Shown here: piece after piece, positions 10,233 through 19,397 of the stretch
How the letters are laid out: every line of letters starts with the position of its first letter
How positions within the stretch are numbered: the first letter of the stretch is position 1
NCBI RefSeq assembly: GCF_043950625.1
Contig: NZ_CP171007.1
Strand: one strand, 5' to 3'
DNA: 32,000 bases
DNA from: Alkanindiges sp. WGS2144
GTDB lineage: Bacteria; Pseudomonadota; Gammaproteobacteria; Pseudomonadales; Moraxellaceae
Position numbers and translations under genes: made by a program
Notes under the pieces: model-generated
What the model saw: the letters and a program-made list of their open reading frames with translations, nothing else
What the model was told of the DNA's origin: nothing
Database searches by the model: none

Positions 10233-11207
10233 ATGTTAATAGCCCACGAGAGCCCAATGGATGCCCTAAGTAAAATTCTGGATGACATTCACATGCGTGG
10301 GGCAGAATATCTGTATATTTCCGGCTGTGACGACTGGCATTTTTGTCTGGATACCCATGGCGAATTTGTTTTCCATATTGTGCTATGGGGTCATTGTGTA
10401 CTTTCTATGGAAGAACAAGCAGCGCAGGTCATTCAAGGCGGTGATATTATTATGCTGCCTACAGGAAAAAAACACTATATTCACGGCAATACGGCCAACT
10501 CCGCCTTAAGTAATCCTTACAATTTACGTCCAGAGTTTCGTGGCCATCGTAATGACAGCCTGCATCTGGGTGGGCACAGGCAAGCCAGCAGTCTGGTGTT
10601 GTCTATTCGCTGCCTGCTGGATGTGGACATGGCGCGGCCATTACTAGGTGCATTACCACCAGTGATGACCATCCGGAATGCCATGGGTACGGGTGCACCG
10701 CCCTGGTTGCAAATTGGCCTGCAATTTCTGGCACTGGAAACCGAGCGTAGCCGTCCGGGTCGGGACACCCTGATTAACCGGCTGGTGGGTATGTTAATGA
10801 TTGAGTGTATTCGGGATTATATTGAGCAGTTACCCGAAGGAAGCGACAATTGGCTGACTGCCTTACGTGACCCGCAGTTGGCGCCAGTGCTTAGTGCAAT
10901 TCATGCATGCCCTGAGCAAGCCTGGACCGTGGCAGAGCTGGCCAGTCTGGCATGTATGTCCCGCTCGACTTTTGCAGAGCGCTTTAGCCATACCATAGGG
11001 GAATCTCCCCTTGCCTATCTGGCTGCTCATCGCTTGCGTCTGGCAGCCTGGCACTTACGTGAAAATAATCGCAGCATCGGACGAATTGCCGAAAAGGTGG
11101 GCTATGCTTCCGAAACTGCGTTTAGTCAGGCATTTAAGCGAATATATGGCGTATCGCCAGGCCAGTACCGCAAGCAATGGCAAAACCAGACCGGTCAGGA
11201 TATTTAA
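10233..11207 (+). CDS. alkR: AraC/XylS-family transcriptional regulator divergent from alkB (AlkR-like)
   Basis: C-terminal double HTH of the AraC family (SRSTFAERFSHTIGESPLAYL...IGRIAEKVGYASETAFSQAFKRIYGVSPGQYR) with a cupin-like N-terminal domain. Same divergent arrangement as alkM/alkR in Acinetobacter. The start is ambiguous between 10233 and 10257. Confidence 0.8.
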   Translation: MLIAHESPMDALSKILDDIHMRGAEYLYISGCDDWHFCLDTHGEFVFHIVLWGHCVLSMEEQAAQVIQGGDIIMLPTGKKHYIHGNTANSALSNPYNLRPEFRGHRNDSLHLGGHRQASSLVLSIRCLLDVDMARPLLGALPPVMTIRNAMGTGAPPWLQIGLQFLALETERSRPGRDTLINRLVGMLMIECIRDYIEQLPEGSDNWLTALRDPQLAPVLSAIHACPEQAWTVAELASLACMSRSTFAERFSHTIGESPLAYLAAHRLRLAAWHLRENNRSIGRIAEKVGYASETAFSQAFKRIYGVSPGQYRKQWQNQTGQDI

Positions 11208-12337
11208 TCACGCTGGTGTTCCTGTTTTAAATAGTCATCCGACTGCATTTCCAGCAGGCGTGAGCGCGTGCGTTCTATCTCAAATGCCAGTTTCTCGCCC
11301 TGATACAGCGCCAAAATGGGCTGCTGGGCAGTAATAATCAGCTTTACCCGGCGGTCATAAAATTCATCCACCAGATAAATCAGGCGGCGTGTGGCATCGG
11401 CAATATTATCATTGAGCGCCGGCACTTTTCCCAGCAGGATCGTATTATAGGTATTGGCTAACTCAATATAATCTGCTGGACTACGTGGCTTCATACATAG
11501 CTCGGCAAAGTCACACCATAAAGTATCTTCGGTATGTCCACGTGTTTCTACCAGACGCTCGTTCACCAGAATTGGCTCTTCTGAGTAAGTTTCATGCTGA
11601 GTCAGTGCTGCAAAGCGTTTGGCCAGCCAGTTTTCAGAATCATGGGTTAAAGGTGATAAATACAAATGCGCCTGTTTTAACACTCGCAAGCGATAATCAA
11701 TGCCTGCATCCACATTCAGTACCGTACATCTGGCTTTGATCATGGCAATGGTTGGCAAAAAACGGTCACGATGAATGCCATTTCTGTACAAGCCATCAGG
11801 TGCGATGTTAGAGGTAGCAACTAGCGTAATGCCCCGCTCAAATAATTTCTGGAATAAATCACTTAAAATCATGGCGTCTGTCACATTGCTGACAAAAAAC
11901 TCATCAAAGCAAATGACTACCGCGTCAGCATAGATACGATCTGCCACTGTGTCCAGTGGATTGCGCTGTCCAGTCAGGCTATTTAACTCATGATGCACCC
12001 GCTGCATAAAATGGTGAAAGTGCATACGCATTTTGCGGCGAAATGGAATAGCATCAAAAAATTGATCCATCAACCAGGTTTTTCCCCGGCCAACGCCACC
12101 CCACATATACACCCCGTGCGGCGCATCGGCCGGACGCAGACGACGAAATGGTTTTTTGGAATTCTCAAAACGCTGAATTAATTTTTGCCATACTTCATTG
12201 AGTGCCTGAATGGCTGCCCCCTGCTCTTCATCCGGCATAAACGCCCCTGAAGCCAGAGCGTCGGTATAGCGCTGCTCCGGCGAACGTGTATCCGCAACAT
12301 GAGAAGGTTCTGGATGATCTGGCGTTTCGATATTCAT
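11204..12337 (-). CDS. zapE: AFG1-family ATPase / cell division protein ZapE
   Basis: Walker A motif GGVGRGKTWLMD, a DEF Walker B region and typical length. I prefer the ATG at 12337 over the GTG at 12358. Its stop overlaps the alkR stop convergently by 4 nt. Confidence 0.85.
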   Translation of the reverse strand: MNIETPDHPEPSHVADTRSPEQRYTDALASGAFMPDEEQGAAIQALNEVWQKLIQRFENSKKPFRRLRPADAPHGVYMWGGVGRGKTWLMDQFFDAIPFRRKMRMHFHHFMQRVHHELNSLTGQRNPLDTVADRIYADAVVICFDEFFVSNVTDAMILSDLFQKLFERGITLVATSNIAPDGLYRNGIHRDRFLPTIAMIKARCTVLNVDAGIDYRLRVLKQAHLYLSPLTHDSENWLAKRFAALTQHETYSEEPILVNERLVETRGHTEDTLWCDFAELCMKPRSPADYIELANTYNTILLGKVPALNDNIADATRRLIYLVDEFYDRRVKLIITAQQPILALYQGEKLAFEIERTRSRLLEMQSDDYLKQEHQRD

Positions 12338-12415
12338 AAATACTGCTCTGGATAACACATCAATAGCTTAGCGCATCAATACGCTGGCCTGTATGCCAAG
12401 TAAACTGGTCAGCAA

Positions 12416-13057
12416 CTAAGGAAAGTTCTGCTGGAGCTGGTCAGTTAAGTCGTTCAAATGACCATGAAAAAAATGGCTGCACTCTGGCATCAAGTGCACA
12501 GGCAAGTCAAGACGATCTGCCCATTGTATCACTTGGGCAGGTGGCACCACTTCATCCTGATCACCAATCAGTACCACGGTATTTTGGTTCAGGCTTAAAT
12601 GCTGCATGGGATAATGATGCACGGGCGGCGCAACCAGAAACGTTTTAAGTAGCTCAGACCGGCCTGAGCCAGCATGAAGCTGCTGTTGATTCAGGCGCGA
12701 GGCAAGCGCAGCTGCAATATATGCACCAAAGGAAAAACCGGCCACATAGAGCTGAGTTGCCGAAGTCTGACGCAACGCCCAGTCCAGTACTGCTGCGGCA
12801 TCATCCACTTCACCCACGCCATTGTCATGCACACCGGTACTGCTGCCCACGCCCCGAAAATTAAACAGCGCCACTGCCATATTCTGTTTTTTAAAAAAAC
12901 GTGCCAGCGTGGTGACCACTTTATTATCCATGGTGCCACCAAACAGAGGGTGCGGATGGCAAACCAGAGCAAGCTGTTCAAACTCCTGTTCACCCTGCTG
13001 CCAGGATGGGCGCACCTGTAATGAGCCCGCAGGCGCAGAAATCTGTAGGTCTGCCAT
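12416..13057 (-). CDS. Alpha/beta hydrolase (COG2945-like)
   Basis: CHPHPLFGGTMDNKVV...FNFRGVGSSTG and the nucleophile elbow GFSFGA. I prefer the ATG at 13057, which has AGAGGA 4 nt upstream. Confidence 0.75.
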   Translation of the reverse strand: MADLQISAPAGSLQVRPSWQQGEQEFEQLALVCHPHPLFGGTMDNKVVTTLARFFKKQNMAVALFNFRGVGSSTGVHDNGVGEVDDAAAVLDWALRQTSATQLYVAGFSFGAYIAAALASRLNQQQLHAGSGRSELLKTFLVAPPVHHYPMQHLSLNQNTVVLIGDQDEVVPPAQVIQWADRLDLPVHLMPECSHFFHGHLNDLTDQLQQNFP

Positions 13058-13175
13058 GTCATCCTCTTGGTAAACATATGAAAAATAAATATGATACACG
13101 CTAGCCTTATTTTAAAGGCTTTGGAATTGATGTGTAATACTCTACGACTAAAATCCAATCAATTGTTGTAGCAAG

Positions 13176-14210
13176 CTAGCTGATCTTTACATGAAGCTTA
13201 CGATACTGGTTTGGGCTAATACCGCTCCAGCGACTAAAGGCATGAATAAACGCCGATGCTTCGTTGTATTGCAGGGTTTCAGCAATCTGCTCAATGGAGC
13301 AACGTTCCTGCTTTAGCAATTCGCACGCACTTTCAAAGCGCAACTGATTGCGTAGCTGCCTAAAACTCGTACCCTGCTCCGCCAACCGATAGCGCAAGGT
13401 TCGCTCAGACAAACCCAGCGCCTGGGCAACCGCAGCAACAGGCGGCATAAAATAACCCTGCAATTTTAAGTAGTCCAGCACCTGCTCCTTAAGACTGATG
13501 CCCTGCTTTTCCTCTACCAGATATTGCGCCAGTGCCTCGTCACACTGCTGCTGATAACGCTGATGCGTGGCTGCATCGGCCGCGGTAATTTTATGGTTCA
13601 AGGCTGCGGTTTTACAGTAAATAGCACCCCTTGACTGATCAAAGTACACAGGCGCGTCATAAAATTTCTCGTACTGCTCAATCACTTGCTGCGCTTGTGG
13701 TGCTACAAAAGGTAAATCGACCCGCTCCAGCCTGATGTGGAGCCCTAGCGCAGCCTGCATATCTTTAAGCAGTTTAAAAGTACCGGCAATTTCAGCATCG
13801 GAACGAAAGCGATGCAGCACCGGATCATTTTCCAAAGAATCATACGTGAGTACAGTCAGGTCATGTTGTTGTTCCAGACCTAGCCTGCCAAATAAAAAAG
13901 TGATTTTTTGATAGTAAACCCCCAGTCGCATGGCTTCATGCAAGTCCGGGCTGGTCATTAATAACATCAACAATGGCCCATAACCTGCCAGATTAAACTG
14001 CTGACCAATATACAAACCCACCGCCGGATGCGTGACATAGGCAACCACCTGCTGCTGAATCGCATATTCAAGCTTTAGATCAATGGTTGCTGATGGATCA
14101 AGCTGCTCAACATCAAGTGATAGTTTTTGCAAAATCAATTGCATATTCTCATCAGCAGCATGCAAACCCTGCAATAAATACAATAGTCCCAGCACCGAGC
14201 GCTTTGCCAT
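13176..14210 (-). CDS. AraC-family transcriptional regulator divergent from almA
   Basis: C-terminal AraC HTH pair (LSERTLRYRLAEQGTSFRQL...IEQIAETLQYNEASAFIHAFSRWSGISPNQYR) and a long N-terminal ligand-binding-type domain. Confidence 0.8.
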   Translation of the reverse strand: MAKRSVLGLLYLLQGLHAADENMQLILQKLSLDVEQLDPSATIDLKLEYAIQQQVVAYVTHPAVGLYIGQQFNLAGYGPLLMLLMTSPDLHEAMRLGVYYQKITFLFGRLGLEQQHDLTVLTYDSLENDPVLHRFRSDAEIAGTFKLLKDMQAALGLHIRLERVDLPFVAPQAQQVIEQYEKFYDAPVYFDQSRGAIYCKTAALNHKITAADAATHQRYQQQCDEALAQYLVEEKQGISLKEQVLDYLKLQGYFMPPVAAVAQALGLSERTLRYRLAEQGTSFRQLRNQLRFESACELLKQERCSIEQIAETLQYNEASAFIHAFSRWSGISPNQYRKLHVKIS

Positions 14211-14370
14211 ATATCTCTTTTTTCCGCTGAATTGTTAAAAAGTAATTTGCCGAAAAAAACATTTTCTTTGTCAACCTTAACATGGTTTTTTTAAAAAGTT
14301 AGCTCTAATATCAGGGCAATCAGGGCTTTTGCCTGAATCGACCCAATTTACTGTTGCCCGGGAGTCCGTT

Positions 14371-15891
14371 ATGAATGCTTCAGTGAAATCAAATCTTAAT
14401 CATCAAAAAACACATACTATAGAGACTGTCATTATTGGCGCAGGTTTTGGCGGTCTGGGCATGGCTATCCGGCTACTGCAAGAAGGTCGCAAGGACTTTG
14501 TTATTCTGGAAAAAGCCAGCAATGTTGGCGGAACCTGGCGTGAGAACACCTATCCAGGCGCAGCGTGTGATGTGCAATCACATATGTATTCCTTTTCTTT
14601 TGCTCCAAAAACCGACTGGAGCAAGCGCTATGCTGAAAGGCCAGAAATTTATAACTATATTCAGGAAACTACTGAAAAATTTGGCTTGCGTCCATACATC
14701 CGGTTTAATGTTGACGTCACTGGGGCTGCCTTTGATGAGCCCACTGCGCGCTGGACATTAAACCTAAAAGATGGCTCAAGCATTGTGGCCAAATTTGTGA
14801 TCCTGGCTTCTGGCCCCCTGCATGTGCCGCAAATTCCTGACTACAAAGGCATGGATAAATTCAAGGGCAAAATTTTTCACTCGGCACAGTGGGATCATGA
14901 CTATGACCTCACTGGCAAAAAAGTAGCGTCCATTGGTACGGGTGGTAGCGCCATTCAGTATATTCCAGAGATTGCACCGATTGTTGAGCAACTGGATGTC
15001 TATCAGCGTACGCCAGCCTGGGTCATTCCGCGTGATGAGCGTAAATACGGAATGCTGGACAAAAAGCTATTTGAAAAACTGCCACTGGCTCGCAAATTAC
15101 ACCGCGCTCGCCTGTACTGGAGTAATGAATCGCGCGTTGCACCAATTTTTCACCCTAAAGTGATGGCTACCGCACAAAAAGGTATTGAGCTGTTTATCCG
15201 CTATCAGATAAAAGATAAAGAGCTGGCCAAAAAGCTTACCCCAAATTATGTGATGGGCTGTAAGCGTATTTTGATTTCCAATAAATACTATCCGGCTTTT
15301 ACCCGTAAAAATGTGAATCTGATTTTAGACAGTATTCAGGAATTTACCGAGACTGGCATTATTACCAAAGATGGCAAGCACCGCGAAGCAGACTGCGTGA
15401 TTTTAGGAACTGGTTTTATTGTTGATCCACGCATTTATATGAAGGATTTTCCATGCACCGGCCTGGATGGACGCAACCTGATGGATGACTGGAAAGACGG
15501 CGCTGAGGCCTACTACGGGGTGAGCGTTAATGGTTATCCAAACCTGTTTCAGCTGGTTGGACCAAATACGGCGCTGGGTCATAACTCAATTATTTTTATG
15601 ATTGAAGCACAAGCCAACTATATTCTGGACGCCATAAAAAATGTTGAGCGAAAAGGTGCGGACTACCTGGATGTAAAATCCGAAGTTCAGGCTGAGTTTA
15701 ACGAAAAGATTCAGGAAAAACTGGTCGGCACCGTATGGCAAAATGGTGGCTGCGTGAGCTGGTATCAGCAGGCAGATGGCAAGAACTTTACCATCTGGCC
15801 AGGCTACACTTGGCGCTACTGGCTAGAAACCCGCAAGATTAAGCCTGGCGCATACAATTTTGTAAAGGTTAAAGCCGTGCAGGCTGCCTAA
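14371..15891 (+). CDS. almA: Flavin-binding Baeyer-Villiger-type monooxygenase (AlmA-like, long-chain alkane oxidation)
   Basis: FAD Rossmann motif IIGAGFGGLG, BVMO fingerprint FKGKIFHSAQWDHDYD, and a second dinucleotide motif IGTGGSA. I prefer the ATG at 14371, which has GGGAG 6 nt upstream, over the TTG at 14329. Confidence 0.85.
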   Translation: MNASVKSNLNHQKTHTIETVIIGAGFGGLGMAIRLLQEGRKDFVILEKASNVGGTWRENTYPGAACDVQSHMYSFSFAPKTDWSKRYAERPEIYNYIQETTEKFGLRPYIRFNVDVTGAAFDEPTARWTLNLKDGSSIVAKFVILASGPLHVPQIPDYKGMDKFKGKIFHSAQWDHDYDLTGKKVASIGTGGSAIQYIPEIAPIVEQLDVYQRTPAWVIPRDERKYGMLDKKLFEKLPLARKLHRARLYWSNESRVAPIFHPKVMATAQKGIELFIRYQIKDKELAKKLTPNYVMGCKRILISNKYYPAFTRKNVNLILDSIQEFTETGIITKDGKHREADCVILGTGFIVDPRIYMKDFPCTGLDGRNLMDDWKDGAEAYYGVSVNGYPNLFQLVGPNTALGHNSIIFMIEAQANYILDAIKNVERKGADYLDVKSEVQAEFNEKIQEKLVGTVWQNGGCVSWYQQADGKNFTIWPGYTWRYWLETRKIKPGAYNFVKVKAVQAA

Positions 15892-15918
15892 GCTCATCGC
15901 TGTATAAAAAATCAAAAA

Positions 15919-15942
15919 ACAGAGTCACAGGCGTGGCTCTGT
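15919..15942 (+). terminator. Rho-independent terminator of almA
   Basis: 10-bp stem acagagtcac/gtggctctgt (one G-U pair) with a 4-nt loop, followed by TTTTTATTT. Confidence 0.7.
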
Positions 15943-16275
15943 TTTTATTTATTCGCCTACATAGCACGCATAAATATAGGCAAAATAACATCCCTAAAGT
16001 TTTAGGAGAGCATAAATATCTATATAAATAGCATATTTTTATTTCAAACCGTTTAACCATTAAACCAAGAAAAGCTGGCAGCACCTCTCTAAAATTGTGA
16101 ACTACTCGTATAATTACTCAGGCTAAATTGTTGGTTTCGCTTATAAAATTTAGGATGATATAAAACATTATTGATTTTTATTCGCATACGCTATAGGCTT
16201 TGCACAACAATACAGCAGGCTCTTTTTTAAAATACAAGTTTGAGCCTGCCAAAAGCCAAATAACAAGAGATCAGC

Positions 16276-18906
16276 ATGAAGCACAATATGTTGGGCAGCA
16301 TCCATCAGGTACTGTCGCATCTGGGTATTGATTTTAATAAAGCGCATCGCCCACTACAGCTGACATTTGGCGACCCTCACCTTAACGAGCATTTCTACCT
16401 GCAATTTGTCTGCGGGCACACTGCAATCAATGAAGGCCTTGAGCTAAAGCTGCTTTGCCTGTCAACCAGTGCGTATCTACCATTAAAAGATTTTATTGGG
16501 CAAGTTGCTACTATTGAGCAGACGACCGATCAGGGTTTACTGCATCAATTGACCGGTATGATCACCCAGGCCGCCAGTGGCCATCATGATGGTGGATTTG
16601 CGCTATACCAGTTAACACTCCAGGATAGTTTTAGTAGCCTGCTGGCAAAACGGCGCAATAGCCGGGTGTTCATGCAAAAATCGGTGCTGGAGATTACGCA
16701 GATTTTATCTCAGGAATGGCAACAACATAGTGCGTTGTTTGCCAAGAGCTTCATATTTGATCATGGCCAGCTTAAGCACCCCTTTGATACCCGGCCCTTT
16801 ACCATGCAAAGTCAGGAAACTGACTATGCGTTTCTAACCCGGCTTTGGCGCTCAGAAGGGATTAACTGGTTTATTGACAGTGCTGAGGCTGGACAGCATC
16901 GACTGGTTCTGTTTAATGACAACAACTCCCTGTGGCAACTTCCTCTTTCTACCATTCACTTTCATCGCAGTGACGCCACCGAACAACAGGACACCATGAC
17001 CGCCCTGGTTGCTACCCGTCAGTTACAAAGCAGCCAGATTCATGTACAGCGCTGGAACCCGCAACATGGTACTACAGAGGAACACCAGCAGCCCGGCATA
17101 AGGCAGCAAAGTAAAGCTTATCCCTCTGCCAGCTTAAACCTTGAGCAAACCTGGTCTATCGGTCATGCAGCCTGGGGAGATTTAGCTAATCAGGATCAAA
17201 ATACGCTGCCCTGTCAACAGCAACTGGTACGTCTTGGTGAGTTATTAATTCAAAGGCAAGAGCTAGAGAGCAAAAGCTTTAGCGCGACAGCCAGTGTACG
17301 TGATGTCAAAGTGGGCTACTGGTTTAGCCTGGATGGTCATGCTGAGATTGACCAGCACCCTGCCAGTGAGCGTGAATTCTTAATTACAGAACTCTCACTT
17401 TACGCACGCAATAACCTGCCTAAAGAAATGAATAGCCGAGTACTGGCATTATTGGCGCTCAGCCCATGGAATGACTACCTGAATGAGTACAATCAGGCAC
17501 TCCCACACCAGGCCCAAATGACGCTGGTTCGGCGTGATGTGGCTGTAGTGCCGTATTATGATCCGCTTAACCATTGTGGCAAAGCCTATCCGATGCGTGC
17601 CCGTGTGGTTGGGCCATCCACAGATGTGGTGCATGTGGATGCCTGGGGCAGGATCAAGGTACAGTTTTTATTCTCGCGTGCCCAGGATAATACCCATAGC
17701 GGTGGTGCTGGCAGTAGTGGTACAGATAGTGACTCAGCCTGGGTGGATGTATTAACACCCTGGGCTGGGGCTGATGAGTCCAGTTATGGCGTACGTTTTT
17801 TACCACGTGTGGGTGAGCTGGTGGTGGTTGACTTCTTTGATGGCAACTGTGACCGTCCTTTTGTGGTTGGGCGTATTCATGAAGGCTCAAGACCACCTGC
17901 CCAGTTTGACCATCAGGGCGTGCTACCAGATACCCGGCACTTAAGTGGTATTAAAACCCAGGAAATCAGTGGACCAGGCTTTAACCAGTTACGTCTTGAT
18001 GATACCACCGGGCAGATCAGTGCCCAGCTGCAAAGCAGTCATGGAGCAAGTCAGCTTAATCTGGGTAATCTCATCCACCCACGTAGTAAGGAAGAAGCTG
18101 AGTCTCGGGGAGAAGGCTTTGAGCTGCGTACGGATATGGCAGGAGCTATCCGAAGTAAAGGCCTGTACCTATCTACTTTTATCCAGAATACAGCAAATGG
18201 AAGCCAACTGGACATTAGTGAGGCGCTTGAACAAGCCTCTACCAGCTTGACCAGCATGAAAGCGTTGTCTGAATATGCGCAAAAACAACAAGCTGAACCC
18301 GCTGATATGCTGGCAACTCTGGAAGCCTATATTCAAAAAATTGAAAATCAGTGGTCAGATTTAAAAGCCATGAAAGATGCCATCATGTTAATGGCTGCTC
18401 CACAAAGCATTGCTGTCACCGCTGGTCAGGATATTCATCTTCAGGCATTGGCGGGAATGACTATTGGCAGTGGGCAATCTATTAATACCAGTGCAGATGA
18501 AAACTGGATATTGAATGCCAAGAAAAAAGTTAGCCTGTTTGCAGGTCAGGATAGCTTTAAGCTATATGCTGCCAAGGGCAAATTTGATATTCAGGCGCAG
18601 GACAATACAGTGGATATCACTGCCCGACAGCATGTCAAAATCACCTCTACAGAGGATGAAGTACATATTAATGCTGATAAAGCAATTGTACTGACTGCAC
18701 AAGGCTCGCAAATCAGAATTGATACCGATGGAATAACTGTCATTACACCAAAGGCTTTTAAAGCCAAAGCGGCACAGCACCTGTTTGAAGGTGGAAGTAA
18801 GGTGAATTTGCCCCTACCTTTTTTCCCACAAAATATTTGCTGGGAGTGTTTAGCAAAGCGAGCATTGCAGCGTTCTGCCTTCATTAATAAAGGAGATGGC
18901 ACCTGA
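16276..18906 (+). CDS. vgrG: Type VI secretion system spike protein VgrG
   Basis: 876-aa ORF. The gp27-like N-terminal region and the gp5-like OB/beta-helix part (VRFLPRVGELVVVDFFDGNCDRPFVVGRIH...NQLRLDDTTGQISAQLQSSHGASQLNLGNL) are followed by a DUF2345-like repeat region. Its TGA overlaps the next gene's ATG (TGATG). Confidence 0.9.
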   Translation: MKHNMLGSIHQVLSHLGIDFNKAHRPLQLTFGDPHLNEHFYLQFVCGHTAINEGLELKLLCLSTSAYLPLKDFIGQVATIEQTTDQGLLHQLTGMITQAASGHHDGGFALYQLTLQDSFSSLLAKRRNSRVFMQKSVLEITQILSQEWQQHSALFAKSFIFDHGQLKHPFDTRPFTMQSQETDYAFLTRLWRSEGINWFIDSAEAGQHRLVLFNDNNSLWQLPLSTIHFHRSDATEQQDTMTALVATRQLQSSQIHVQRWNPQHGTTEEHQQPGIRQQSKAYPSASLNLEQTWSIGHAAWGDLANQDQNTLPCQQQLVRLGELLIQRQELESKSFSATASVRDVKVGYWFSLDGHAEIDQHPASEREFLITELSLYARNNLPKEMNSRVLALLALSPWNDYLNEYNQALPHQAQMTLVRRDVAVVPYYDPLNHCGKAYPMRARVVGPSTDVVHVDAWGRIKVQFLFSRAQDNTHSGGAGSSGTDSDSAWVDVLTPWAGADESSYGVRFLPRVGELVVVDFFDGNCDRPFVVGRIHEGSRPPAQFDHQGVLPDTRHLSGIKTQEISGPGFNQLRLDDTTGQISAQLQSSHGASQLNLGNLIHPRSKEEAESRGEGFELRTDMAGAIRSKGLYLSTFIQNTANGSQLDISEALEQASTSLTSMKALSEYAQKQQAEPADMLATLEAYIQKIENQWSDLKAMKDAIMLMAAPQSIAVTAGQDIHLQALAGMTIGSGQSINTSADENWILNAKKKVSLFAGQDSFKLYAAKGKFDIQAQDNTVDITARQHVKITSTEDEVHINADKAIVLTAQGSQIRIDTDGITVITPKAFKAKAAQHLFEGGSKVNLPLPFFPQNICWECLAKRALQRSAFINKGDGT

Positions 18907-19397
18907 TGACTTTTCAAAGTAATCTTGATTTATTATTTAAGGTATATGCCGATCTTCCAGAGAGTAATGAACCCTTATACTGGTATGCGCTGGCAGATGC
19001 TGCACAGGATAACCGCCTGCCGCTGGCTTTGCACAGTACACGAAGTGCATGCCTGTTAACTCAGGCCGCTGGCGAAAAAGCTGTTCAGGTTTCCCCCCAT
19101 CTGGTTCAGCTATCTGGTCAGTTTAATGACGCGCAATGGCAGTGGATCGACCAGTATGCCGCAGGAAAACCCAGTCTTACCCTGATTTGCACCTATTTAA
19201 ATTTTGATGGCTTATTCCATCATTTGCAACAGTTCCTTGATGTCACTTTAGAAGGCGGCCTTGAAATGACCCTGGCTTTCTGGGATCCGGCAATATTGGG
19301 CTGCCTGACTGGACAGAAAGATGATTCTACATTATATGTCCAAGGCCCCGCTTTTTCTTTAGCACAAAAAAACCTGTTTTTAGCCCCCTATGCATAG
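18906..19397 (+). CDS. DUF4123-domain T6SS adaptor (Tap/TEC-type), N-terminal part ending at a frameshift
   Basis: Pattern LYWYALADAAQD...SPHLVQL...LICTY...LFHHLQQFL.V....G..M.LAFWDPAILG matches my memory of DUF4123. It sits immediately after vgrG, the canonical adaptor position. Confidence 0.7.
   Translation: MTFQSNLDLLFKVYADLPESNEPLYWYALADAAQDNRLPLALHSTRSACLLTQAAGEKAVQVSPHLVQLSGQFNDAQWQWIDQYAAGKPSLTLICTYLNFDGLFHHLQQFLDVTLEGGLEMTLAFWDPAILGCLTGQKDDSTLYVQGPAFSLAQKNLFLAPYA

Noticed and set aside
12691-13158. 155-aa minus-strand ORF overlapping the alpha/beta hydrolase gene in another frame
   Set aside because: The hydrolase frame carries the conserved motifs (HPHPLFGGTMDNKVV, GFSFGA). The alternative frame is Trp/Arg/Cys-rich and looks non-coding.
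15869-16084. 71-aa minus-strand ORF in the AT-rich region upstream of vgrG
   Set aside because: It overlaps the almA stop and runs through the almA terminator hairpin. It has no SD, and its composition is typical of AT-rich non-coding DNA.
19384-19388. The C5 run in the DUF4123 gene as a phase-variation switch
   Set aside because: Five residues is shorter than the homopolymers that typically slip at useful frequency. A fixed mutation or a sequencing error is more parsimonious.
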